From Octopus vulgaris (Eukaryota): a stretch of DNA of 64,000 nt. Within the stretch, counting starts at the first letter, position 1. Each line of letters begins with the position of its first letter. Location of the stretch: the NCBI GenBank assembly GCA_951406725.2, contig OX597814.1, positions 146,444,001-146,508,000 on the forward strand. The letters run 5' to 3'. Shown one piece after another: positions 14,331 through 26,489 of this stretch. The position numbers and the translations under genes are program-made. The notes beneath the pieces were generated by a model that did no database searches, was not told the DNA's origin, and saw only the letters and a list, made by a program, of their open reading frames with translations.

Positions 14331-15195
14331 TGGTACCCGACTGGATAATTTATCCCTAACTACTAATTACATATATATAAATACACACACACACACACGC
14401 ACACCCATATGAGAGATTGCACGTGTGTGTGCTTCTTCATATAACTGTCCGTTTTTATAGATAAACATATATTGATAAAAACAGGTCTGTGTTGGCAATA
14501 TATTTGTTATTATATTATTATAAATACTTCAAGGTTTCTATATAATGATTATTATAATTATGTAGAATTTAGGTGCAGTGAAATATGTTTGAGAAATAGG
14601 AAATTAATTCCAAAAGGGTGAAATTGAATTATAAGATGCAATTACTGTCTAGTCCAGATATATCATTTATCATACATACATAGATAAACATACATATATT
14701 TCTATGTTTCATGTAAGATTTAAGAGAAATATGTACGTAAAACTAAGAAATTAATTTTCAGAATCCGACAGTTAATTTAAAGGAGAGTTTTAATTTAATG
14801 TGTCAACAACTATTTCAGTTCATTGCTTATTAATCGAGTTGTTTTAATTTACAAGTCTTTTACATTGTGAAATGCATGTCAACGATATTATATTTATAAA
14901 CTGATGATTGTCGCACGCTAAGTTACTTATATTTAATCACCTTGCCCTCAGTTGGATGTAATTATCATCACAATGCGTACAAAGCAGAGTGATAACTATG
15001 AACGTATTGTACGCACACACACATATACGTGAAGAGCTGCTGGCAAATGATGCCTTCATATATTGTCATTGATTTTACAAAGAACAGTATGGAATTTCCT
15101 CTACATTAACAGAAGTATTTCATCGACATATTTCGCCTGCACAAATAAATTTCTGTTACTTTTCCTATCATGCATCAACGTGTTAAACAATATTA

Positions 15196-15246
<51 letters not shown>

Positions 15247-15719
15247 GACCTACACCTACTCACGAACTGTCGTCGATATTGCTATTCGTTTTACAAGAAA
15301 CTTCTGATGTTTCCTGTTAAACATTGTAAGTTACCGATATATTTCTCTTTAGCTAAATTGCTATAGCGCATCACATCGTACATTTCCATCTTTGAAAAGG
15401 ACCCCTGTAATTATAAATACTCGTACTGAATTAAGTCGATATTCAGCAAACGATAGATTTGAGTGATTTATAGAAATCTCTCTCTATCTCTCTCTGTACA
15501 TATATGTATATCAATCGAAATGGGGTTCGTTACTTTCCCAGAGAAGATAGTCCTACTCTTGTACTTGTACAGAAAAGTCGAACCACTAAAAGAGATGTAT
15601 AACTTAGCAGAAGGATGAGGTTTTTCTTTTAGAAAGGAGTTTCCTGAAAACTTAGTTATATAAGCTCCTTCACTTGTGTGCTCTCATTGATTTTGGAACC
15701 AAAACATGTGAAGTGTGAT

Positions 15720-15900
15720 CCCAACATCATTAAATGATGATATCTAAGTTTGTGACCGTTAATTATCAAGACCATAACAAAAGAAATCTCAGGGTGTCTG
15801 CGATTTGTCATATCTAATGTTATTGGAGGGCTGCAGCCAGGACCAGTACATGGGCCAGTTCTCTTCTTTTATATATCAGCACTTTGATTATATCAGCTGG
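15720..15900 (+). mobile_element. Degenerate CR1-type RT fragment
   Basis: VIGGLQPGPVHGPVLFFIYISTL resembles the CR1 motif [21 protein letters not shown]. Confidence 0.4.
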
Positions 15901-16890
15901 AAAATGGAAACAACTCAGTTATAGTGTTATAATCCTTTATTTTTACTTCAAAATGATAAATCTGTCGCTGTATGATCAAGTGTTGCGCTCTGTCACTCTT
16001 CCAATGATAGCTATGCATAGCACCTGCTTAAATAAGTTATTCGTCATCTACTATCCTTCGATATAAATATCAGAAGAGAAGATGAGACAGAACTGGACCA
16101 TAGAATAGCATGTAGAGGTGTATTAAAGGAAGTTAAGAGCTTAAACAACATTTCATTCGAAACTTGTATGCTAATTACAGATCTGTATTTATAGACCTTT
16201 TACCCCTACTATTCACTGTAAATATATGGACAAATGAAACAATAGAAGAATTCCTATAGGAAGAAATAAAACAAAAACACAACCGCCGATTTCAATTCAT
16301 CGTCGCATACTTCCTCACGTTTATATATTCTTTACTAGTTTAACTGAAAAATGAGAGTCTAAATCATTCTAAAACTGAGTCTGTATAACAGCATTTTATT
16401 CAAAACATTAAAACATACTGTTCATACATATGAAAGACAAATCCACTGTTTCTGGTTGAGACTGTCAAAGTCATTATAAAATGAGTTGGAAAAAAAAATA
16501 CATAAGTGGGTACCCACGTCTCTCATAAAGTTAGAATAACGTCCTAAAAATAACATCCGATTAATGAGATCGTAAGGACCTGATAACATTCTGGGATCTT
16601 TTCGGTTAGAACAGCAGTCTTTTAAAATAATTTTCACGTAACTGAACACTTTTAAACTTCGTATACTGGTAGAATGTGTTTATAAAACGGCTTTTTCTCT
16701 TGGCTTAATTGAGAAAATTCTATAATCTTTAAGATATTTGTTGGGTTTTTTCTTCAATTTCTGCAATTTCAACCAATCAATTACGTCTATTGAGGTGAAA
16801 ACATTCTGTGCCGTATGAATATGTCCCTCGTTTAAGAAACAGATTGGGTTTATTTACATTTCTAAAGAAAAAAAGATACCCTTACCCCAC

Positions 16891-16924
16891 CCCTAACCCT
16901 AACCTTAACTAACCCTAACCCTAA
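16891..16924 (+). repeat. Short degenerate (CCCTAA)n tract within a probable non-autonomous element
   Basis: ccctaaccctaaccttaactaaccctaaccctaa. Confidence 0.7.
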
Positions 16925-18269
16925 AACAGATTGAAATGCAATAGATCGATACTAGGGTTATAATTATGGGTGACTATTTCATATGACACCGCTAGAATAA
17001 ACTGCAGTTCAAACCGAAAAGGTCCACATTCTGATATGCATGGTTGATGCCAATCTACAAATTAGAATTGGCTTATTTATCATCCTAATGCGCAAATATG
17101 TGTATATAGAATTAGTCTCAAAATCTATCGAACACATTCCAAAATATGTCACTAATATAATACAATCAGTAATTCATGATTTTCATTTCTCATAATCTAT
17201 CAACTGACATAATGGCTATATATCAATTCTCAAACACTTAAAGAACACGTTTCATTTACACGAAAGCTTTTATCATATTTTCTCATAATACACTGTATCT
17301 AATTTAGGTTTCAAGTTTACCAACGGTGTTGGGAGATATTTAGTTGTTACCCATCGATCTTAACTGATAGTATAATTAATTTATTTTGAAATAATTAAGA
17401 ACAGAATTGGCCTCGGCAGTATTTGAACTCTAAACATGAAGAGTCAAAGAAAATAGACCAAAACAATTTGCCAAGAAAATAAATACATTTATCTCACCAG
17501 TGCAATAACCTCTGTTACGACTATTTGTGATAAATGCTAAAAAAAGTGTCAATCGGTAACTAAATAACAAAAGGTGAGACTATTTCAAATAATAAATCAC
17601 GATAATTTCATTGAAATACTTCCAAATACTTAATGTATTAGAAAGTTTCAATTCAATACTACAAATTTAAGAATTCACTGTGTTTCGCTCTTGCTACAAT
17701 TAAGAAATGCTTAAAGAGAAAGTAAATTTAAAGAGGAAGTCGAACCCAGCTTCATTACCTTGTTTTGAATATAATAACAGTTACGTCCTCATCACCCGCC
17801 GCACATTTGGCGATAGAATTATTAGGCTTTCTCTACTGCTGGTAAAGCACTGCAGATGATAAGCAATGAAATAATGCTCACTGATCCAGATCAGAGCGAG
17901 TATACACGACGATCCAAGATATACAATTATTTTATTATTTTAAACGATTCATTAATTCGAACCTCCACCAGGCTGAAACACTGACCTGAAAATTTTAGTT
18001 TTGAAAAGTTTACACAATCAGATCAACCTCAGACGTAGAAACTTTATTGTCACATACTTTTTTTTCTCGGTAGAGTGCTAATATACAGCGATACAAAGAT
18101 GCTCACACCGGTTGTCGAGCAGTTACCAGTAATTATAATTTCATGTTCTTTTTATCCTCCTCCTCTCTTTCTCTCGCTTACACGCTCCTACACACTCAAA
18201 CACGAACACACTCACACATACACGAGCACGCACACACTCATGCACATATATGTGTATATCTTCTATTGA

Positions 18270-18492
18270 TATTGTCCACAAGGGGATAAACACAGTGGGG
18301 ACAAACGAGGACAGACAAAGGGGTTAAGTCGATTACATCGACCTACTGCGTAACTGGTACTTAATTTATCGACACCGAAAGGATGAAAGGCAAAGGCGAC
18401 CTCGGCGGAATTTGAACTCAGAACATAACAGCAGACGAAATAACGCTAAGCATTTCGCCAGGCGTGCTAACGTTTCTGCCAGCTCGCCGCCT
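18270..18492 (-). mobile_element. tRNA-derived SINE (abundant family; head aggcggcgagctggcagaa)
   Basis: Minus strand aggcggcgagctggcagaaacgttagc...gagttcaaattcc (B box)...cctttcatcctttcgg...aagtaccag. Same family as 22738, 29505, 36495 and 59399. Confidence 0.85.
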
Positions 18493-18511
18493 TTATGTAT
18501 GTGTATATCTG

Positions 18512-18544
<33 letters not shown>

Positions 18545-18648
18545 ACGCGCGTCAAATTGGCTTATCCGCAATTTGCAACTACTTACAAGACAATAAAAAC
18601 CTGAATATAGAAGCGTTCACGATTTTACAGTAAACACTCTTCATATCT

Positions 18649-18853
18649 AAATCGCAATTAAAATCATCTTTACGTTCGAGTGTTTGCATATTAATATTGA
18701 TATTGCATAAGTCGTTTTTTGTATTCGACATCATGGAATATATGATATAAATTAGTTAAATATGTAAAATGCATTGTTTTGAACAAGGAGTCAATCCTAC
18801 AGATGTCCAGCCATATCATATTATACAAAATAGTCTTTAATATTTTAGTAACA
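18649..18853 (+). repeat. Unclassified ~200-bp repeat, copy 2
   Basis: Homologous to 11456-11660. Confidence 0.75.
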
Positions 18854-19364
18854 TTTTGGGTCGAACCTGAGAAGTGCGAATATTACTTTAAAGATATCTT
18901 CTTCAGAATATACTGTGTATATGTTCCAAATTACAAAGCTGTCTTTACTATTCCCTATAGAATATAATATAGTTTCCAGATAACATTATATAATATAATT
19001 ATATAATTTAATTTCTATCTATTATTCGAATAGCCGTAGTAGATAGGAACAATTTAATTTTGACAGAATAATAAACCGAAATTTCAATATGTTGTATGTA
19101 ATATAACTTCAATTATGTTCCACAAGATTTATCCTTGATATGTAAAGTATAAATGATTTGCTAGAATGTGATACACAGACACATAATATAAGTAAGGTGA
19201 TTTTGTTCTGTCATTTTGTATTTATAATTCCCTCAATATCCAATATTATTATTTACGCTCAGTTCGATAAAAGTTTTCACTGCTGCTTTCTTTAGACACC
19301 TCTGCATAAATATATATATATATCAATTCATCTCATTTCATCTAGTTTCAACTCACAAGATGTG

Positions 19365-19695
19365 GCCATACTGGGGCACCGCCATTCGGTGTTGCTACAT
19401 GAATTTACTTCACGAATGCTTTTTAGCAATTGACATTTGGGGCATGAGAGAGTTTGATGCAGCTGCCCTCATCTGCACCTCCTACCGTGAAGTTGGTTCA
19501 TCTGGGACACCTGACAGGAAGAGGTCCAGCTTTATTTTGAAGACATCTGCATCCATCCCATGCAGGTCTCTCAGGTCCTTCGGGAGGATATTGAAGAGCT
19601 GTGAACCTCTGAAGCCCAGGCTATCGCAGTATCTTGCCCTACATCTTGATGGCAAATTTGGAGTCCTTGGCACTATGCAGTGGTGCCCAGTTCTA
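19365..19695 (-). mobile_element. CR1-type LINE 3' end
   Basis: SLGFRGSQLFNILPKDLRDLHGMDADVFKIKLDLFLSGVPDEP is a typical CR1 ORF2 C-terminus. Confidence 0.85.
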
Positions 19696-20560
19696 GTATA
19701 TATATATATATATTGGTACAAAATAACTAGTCATAAATACGTATGGATGTATATCGGTTGATTTCGACGATTAATTTAAAATTCTTTAGCTAACTGAAGT
19801 TTTTTTTTTCATTAAATTAACATGTAACTAACTGAGACTTCTCGAAAAACTTGCTCATTTCACTCGTTATTTTACACTAGCTCGTTACTCAACAAGTTCT
19901 CTGACGTAATATTCTAGTGTAAAATTAGTTTTATTCGACATGTACTCATTATGTGAACTCTGTATAATTTTTCCTAATTGTGGGTTAAACACTTATTTAA
20001 GTATTTAAGCACCATTTTACTTTCTCCTTCAACTATGTTCTCTTTCTTTTATAATAAGTTTCTTCTCTGCTATTCCTTCTCCGCTCCTTCAGTGATAATG
20101 TATTCTTCCTTTTTGTCTGGCCATCTGATATTACTCACTGCTATATTGTGGGCTTGATCACAAGGTTGACAACAAGTAAGCTTTCGCAACGTTGATTTTA
20201 AACTTCCATTCGCTCACTGTTCGTTTTGTTTTATCCTTGTTCCTTTCTTGTTGTATTTCAAAAGTCCTTACACTTTCTAGATCTGATTCATCTCTCTGTC
20301 AATTGTTTATATATTCGAGCACAACTACAAAAATCGCATATATCAGTCTGCTCTTCATGCGGATAACGAAACTTATTGTAATACCTTCACGTGCCTGGTT
20401 ACCTGTCAGTTATACATGCCTGACGTTTATCATATTTCCTAAGCAAATTAAGCTTATCATGGTTATTATGATTATTGCGTTCTTCTGGGCTTATCGAAGC
20501 AGCTGTCAAGGTCAGAAATAATGCTTTATGTACATTTTACAATACATACATGCCTGAAAG

Positions 20561-20915
<355 letters not shown>

Positions 20916-21212
20916 CATCCATCCATCCATCGGTACATACACACATATACACTCACACACACGCACATGGACATATATGTCTGCGCTTTTGATTGTATGT
21001 GCGCATGTTTATAGATGATTGTATACTAAATTCGACAGCTAGATAGAGTACTGCGATATTATTTTGATAGTAAAACCACGTGGTTGAGGTGAAAAAACAA
21101 AGATCTAACTAGCGTATACATGTAAATGCATGTATATGATCTTACAGATATATGTCGTTAGTGAAAGTATTTATAAATATTTGCATTCATTTACTCTTGG
21201 CACATTGTACTG

Positions 21213-21305
21213 AATTGGTTAATTGTAGATTGATTTCTGGTTTAGGATTGTAAGGTAAGGAGTTTTACAGCCCTAAACCAGAAATCAATCTACAATTAAC
21301 CAATT
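21213..21305. repeat. Perfect 34-bp inverted repeat (93-nt hairpin)
   Basis: aattggttaattgtagattgatttctggtttagg (21213-21246) pairs with cctaaaccagaaatcaatctacaattaaccaatt (21272-21305). Confidence 0.95.
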
Positions 21306-21454
21306 TAAAAAAAAAAAAACTTATTCATTTTTCATCTATCCGCTTATATCCTGCGCTAACGGAATGTAAATGTAGATCTTAAAGTCATTTGGTGTGTGCT
21401 TCTAGTGTCTTAGTGGAGTTTATCCGCGCCCTTCAATAAAATGATATTATGTTA

Positions 21455-21886
21455 TTTATTTGTTTCAGTGATTTGACTGTCGTCTTGCTGGAACACTTCC
21501 TTTAGTCGAACAGATAGATCCAATGTCAAATCATTTGTAAACTCAGTACTTATTCTATCGTCTCTTTTGTCAAAACCGCTAAGTTACGGTGACCTAAACA
21601 CACCGACATCGATTGGGTTACAGCAGAGACATACAAACACATAGACCCAAACACACACAAGCACAGACACGCTCACACACAGAAGCACAGGCACGCTCAC
21701 ACACACACGCACTCACACATATATATATACGACAAGCTTCTTTCAGTTTCCGTCTACTAAATCCACTCAGAAGGTCTTTGTCGGACCGAGGCTCTAGTAG
21801 AAGACACTTGCTGGAGGTGCCACGCGGAGGGATTGAAATCAGAACCATTTGAATGGGAATCTAGCTTCTTGCTGCACACCCATGCC

Positions 21887-21887
<1 letters not shown>
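21455..21887 (-). mobile_element. tRNA-derived CORE-like SINE (same family as 24505-24910)
   Basis: Reverse complement matches ...ggcaagtgtcttct...gtggatttggtagacggaaactgaaagaagc...(TA/TG)n...gatagaataagtactg...gactaaagg.ggtgctccagca. Confidence 0.8.
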
Positions 21888-21926
<39 letters not shown>

Positions 21927-22369
21927 GTCACTGACATACCAGCATCACACTGCAATACCGCATGACCATTCTCAAACAGTCGTATCCCACCTTCCAGTAA
22001 TAACAATCAACTTCTCTCACTAAAATTCAAAATGGCTGAAAATTTGCATATTATATATGCACGTCTGTTTGTTATTCCATGCATATTTGTGTGTGTGTTT
22101 ATATTGACACAGGCACATATGTGTGTGTATCTCTTTGTATGAATGCATGAATATTTTAATTATAAACATTGTGAAATAGATAATAGCAGTCATAACTATA
22201 TTTCGATGGATGTCTGTGTCAATCGTTATAATTTAAGATGAAGCCGAATGCACTAACGAATAAAGTATACTTCTTGTAATTGTAGCAGACACAGCGCTGA
22301 ACATAAATTTGGACAGCTGTGAAATAATTACTCGTCACTGTCATTGCCAAGCTGCTTCTGCTGTCCTCC

Positions 22370-22431
22370 TGCTACTGCTGCTGCTGCTGCTGCAACTGCT
22401 GCTGCTGCTGCCACTGCTGCTGCTGCTGCTG

Positions 22432-22496
<65 letters not shown>

Positions 22497-22605
22497 GCTA
22501 CTGCTGCTGCTGCTGCTGCTGCTGCTACTACTACTACTACTACCACCACCACCACCACCACCACCACCACCACCACCACCACCACCACCACTACTACTAC
22601 TACTG

Positions 22606-22638
<33 letters not shown>

Positions 22639-22690
22639 ATAATAATAATAATAAGAAGAAGAAGAAGAAGAAGAAGAAGAATGGTAATAA
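22370..22690. repeat. Compound trinucleotide microsatellite (GCT/ACT/ACC/AAT/AAG)
   Basis: Read directly from the sequence. Confidence 0.97.
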
Positions 22691-22737
22691 TGGGGGATGG
22701 ATTAATTTGATTACGTCAACGCCAGCACTGGACTAGC

Positions 22738-22867
22738 ATTTCATTTATCAACCCCATTGAAATGCACAGTCGACCTCGGCGGAATTTTGATCCCAGAGCG
22801 TAAAGACGGACGAAATGCCGCTAAGCATTTCGTCCAGTGTGTTAACAATTTTGCCATTTCACCTTCT
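22738..22867 (-). mobile_element. tRNA-derived SINE fragment
   Basis: gtcgacctcggcggaatt...gacggacgaaatgccgctaagcatttcg matches the 18270 family. Confidence 0.75.
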
Positions 22868-22899
22868 TAATAATAATAACAATAATAATGATAGGAGAT

Positions 22900-23565
22900 T
22901 ATTGTAGTTCTCTTGAAGCATTGTGTATTGTTTGTAAGGAATAAAAAGTTTTGAATGGTACAACAATGCACTATAATACAAACAATGGGATATATACCCG
23001 TTGTAATTTAGTCTTCTATAGTCTGACGATATTTCGGAATATCATTCCTTCTTCAGATATTCTTAGATGTAGTCGCTGCTACAAACGTTTTTCCAGCAGC
23101 TTTTCTTTTTATTTATTTATTTTTTGATTCGTCTCTTCTTCCTGAATTCCTCATGAGAAGTGCGTGAGGTCGGCCATGTCTCAATCTCGTGTGTGCTGGT
23201 ACATCCGTAGCACTGCTTCTAAGTTACGTATTATACGTGCAGCTTCCTTTTTTTCCCTTCATTTTTTCTCTTCTAAATGAACCTACACGCATACAGATGT
23301 AGCTAGATAATATATTGATTACCAACCTCCAGCCTGCTGTTAATTTGGGGTCCTAGTCTGAGTATGTATAGCTTCCTTAATTCTTAAATTACGGAAATTC
23401 TTTTCATTGGCTTTAAATGTGACTGTTATGCTTTTTGTCGGTGTTCCGGCATCTGTCTAGATGTTTTCTGAAAGAGGAGGCTCTCGTGTTCAGATATACT
23501 TTGATGCAGACGTGTAATGATCTTGTTGTGCTACCCACATAGAATTTGTTGCATTTTTTACATTA
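22900..23565 (-). mobile_element. Penelope-like element 3' remnant (GIY-YIG C-terminus + pseudo-LTR with hammerhead motif)
   Basis: Minus translation KCNKFYVGSTTRSLHV.IK..L...RKHLDRC...NFRNLRIKEAIH. Downstream is ctgaagaAGGAATgatATTCCgaaatatc at 23021-23062. Confidence 0.75.
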
Positions 23566-23737
23566 TATTTAATATACAACAGTTACCCCTTGGCATAAAT
23601 CTGTGTCACGGAATGGACAGATACTTAGTATGCATTGATTGTTGTGCCTTGTCCGTTTCTTTCCGAGGTGTCCGCTGAAATAGAGGCCGGAGTGGGCTAG
23701 TTGTATCTCTAGCCCTTCTCTTCTATTGTTATCATTA

Positions 23738-23827
<90 letters not shown>

Positions 23828-23832
<5 letters not shown>

Positions 23833-24095
23833 GAGTGAGAGGGCAACACATGCCATCAAAGTGTCACTGAAGTAAAATGTACAAAGCCAAGTATACTGGG
23901 CCCAACCTGCAAGCTGATGCACTGTTTATCTTGGTATGAGATCACCATGTCGCACACATATTGTTATGACGCATGTGCCTAATGTACTCTTATCAGACGG
24001 GTAGTCATGATGGGTATACTGGGCTTCGTATATTTTACACCAGTGTCACTTTGATGGCATGCACTGTTCTCTCACTCAATGATAATAATAACAAC

Positions 24096-24145
<50 letters not shown>
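23828..24145. repeat. Foldback pair of short repeat 3' ends with outward-facing (AAT)n tails
   Basis: 23831-23897 is the reverse complement (about 3/4 identity by eye) of 24012-24079. (ATT)n lies to the left and (AAT)n to the right. Confidence 0.75.
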
Positions 24146-24147
<2 letters not shown>

Positions 24148-25444
24148 GGGGGAAACGGCAAGAAGCATAGGAGAGCATGTTCAGATATTCTTTGATGCAG
24201 ACGTGTAAATGAACATTGGAGAGATCTTAAGGAAGGTAAAAGCTCATCGATTCTGTACCAACACGCCGAACAGGAACACGGGGGATCAATCAACAACATA
24301 AAAATTAAAATATTGTCCACACATAGATCAGATGCAACAATCAGACAAATTACAGAAGCTACACACATAATAGATGATAAAACTAGCCTGAATAGGAAAC
24401 TGGAATGGAACAGTAGCACACACCACAACATATGACGGTAGAGGATCCCCATAAACTGGTTACAATATGAACAAAACCGAAAACAATAAATAAAATACAC
24501 AGATAGGCGCAGGAGTGGCTGTGTGGTAAGTAGCTTGCTAACCAACCACATGGTTCCGGGTTCAGTCCCACTGCGTGGCATCTTGGGCAAGTGTCTTCTG
24601 CTATAGCCCCGGGCCGACCAATGTCTTGTGAGTGGATTTGGTAGACGGAAACTGAAAGAAGCCTGTCGTATATATATGTATATATATATGCGTGTGTGTG
24701 TATATGTTTGTGTGTCTGTGTTTGTCCCCCTAGCATTGCTTGGCGACCGATGCTGGTGTGTTTACGTCCCCGTCACTTAGCGGTTCGGCAAAAGAGACCG
24801 ATAGAATAAGTACTGGGCATACAAAGAATAAGTCCCGGGGTCGATTTGCTCGACTAAAGGCGGTGCTCCAGCATGGCCGCAGTCAAATGACTGAAGCAAG
24901 TAAAAGAGTAAAGAGGTAAATAAACAAATAGAAATAAATAACTATATAAGTTTTTTTTGTTTAATTTAAAAGAATTTTTTTGATTTATTATTATTATTGT
25001 TATTATTATTATTACTAGTATTGTTGTTATACATACATACAAGCATACGTAATGATAATAATAATAAGTGGATGTAAACACCTGAACAAAATAAAAATAA
25101 ACAAAAACAACAACAAAATCGAATTACATGAAAGTATATAAACAGAAGATACAGATATTACAGGCACCCCCCGCAAACACACACACTAAATGAACAAAGA
25201 GGCACATAGAGATATAAGACATACAATAGAAATACAAAATGGCTGACGGTTAGTAAAGAGAGGCACACATAAGAAAGAAGAAAACAAAGGACCACTGATG
25301 CGGTCACAGGAGTGTGAGGAAAGAACTCTGGCCGAAATAAAATTAAGATTAATGTAAAAAATAAATAACACTGAAGCAAAATAACACCAAATATATAGTG
25401 CGTGTGTTTTTATTGGGTAAACTGGCAAAATGACCATTCCGAAA

Positions 25445-25445
<1 letters not shown>
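24148..25445 (+). mobile_element. Penelope-like 3' remnant (GIY-YIG + pseudo-LTR with hammerhead motif), interrupted by a SINE at 24505-24910
   Basis: GETARSIGE..RVNEHWRDLKEGKSSSILYQHAEQEH..KIKILST..IRQITEATHI..LNRKLEW. HHR motif at 25290-25333; the 3' end is shared with 42900-42955. Confidence 0.75.
24505..24910 (+). mobile_element. tRNA-derived CORE-like SINE, near full length
   Basis: tggctgtgtggtaagtagc (A box), gggttcagtccc (B box), cttgggcaagtgtcttct CORE-like motif, internal (TA)(TG) tract. Confidence 0.85.
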
Positions 25446-25499
<54 letters not shown>

Positions 25500-25542
25500 T
25501 ATTGTTGTTGTTGTTGTTATTCTTGTTGTTGTTGTTATCATT

Positions 25543-25575
<33 letters not shown>

Positions 25576-25595
25576 ATTATTAATATTATTATTAA

Positions 25596-25646
<51 letters not shown>

Positions 25647-26107
25647 GATTATTATTATTATTATTATATACACATTCAGAAGGACGAGCAGTGCAACAAC
25701 CAAATCTTAAAAACACACAAGCTGTATCCATAGTGATCACATGGGTCCAAAGTTGATTATCAAACTAAAGAAATAAAGTAATCTCGTCTTCATTTGTGAA
25801 TTTTTGCATGTTCTTTCCAAATATTACAAAGAATGCTAATTCCAAATGTCTTAAGACAAAAGAATATACTATCGCAGTAAAGCGGTAGATAAAACCAACT
25901 CTGATGAATTGAGAACAAATGAAATTTCAGCATTGGTATATGATAGGTTTTTCACATGCGATAAGGAGTCGCGGTTCCCTTGCAGAAGAAAAAAGACACA
26001 AGGAAAAAATACAGAACATAACTTTACAGAATATCAGCAAAAAAGGAATTTCCTTAAGCTTAAGGAAGAAGGAAGAGAAGTCTAATTATGTGGCCGATTG
26101 TTTTGCT

Positions 26108-26147
<40 letters not shown>

Positions 26148-26164
26148 GTCCACCAGGGTGATAA

Positions 26165-26485
26165 AAAGGTAGGGCATCAGCATATGTAATCCTCGGTCGC
26201 TCTTCTAGCGTGTCCATGTAGGGGCTCCCACAGGTGCATTGAATGCAATATCAACTCTGAATGAATGACGACGAGCATGTCCAGCTAACCTCAGTCTATT
26301 CTGTATTATTTTTCGGTTAATTATTGGTAGGTTCACGTACAGCTCAGTGTATATTCACTAATGTTCAGAGCCATTATCAGCATTCTCGTGTTGGACCTAT
26401 CCACCATCTGAGTGAGTTTCTTGGTCAATGTCCAAGTCTCAGCACAGATACCACTGTACATGTTCTACTGCAGCAACGAATTGAG
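26165..26485 (-). mobile_element. RTE-clade LINE 3' fragment
   Basis: Minus strand AETWTLTKKLTQMVDRSNTRML...IIQNRLRLAGHARRH. Confidence 0.7.
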
Positions 26486-26489
26486 AATG

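Noticed and set aside
16891-16924. True telomere or chromosome fusion site
   Set aside because: Only ~5 degenerate units in one orientation.
17759-17849. Minus-strand 91-nt segment with strong acceptor and donor
   Set aside because: Stops in all three frames; it could only be non-coding, and there is no other support.
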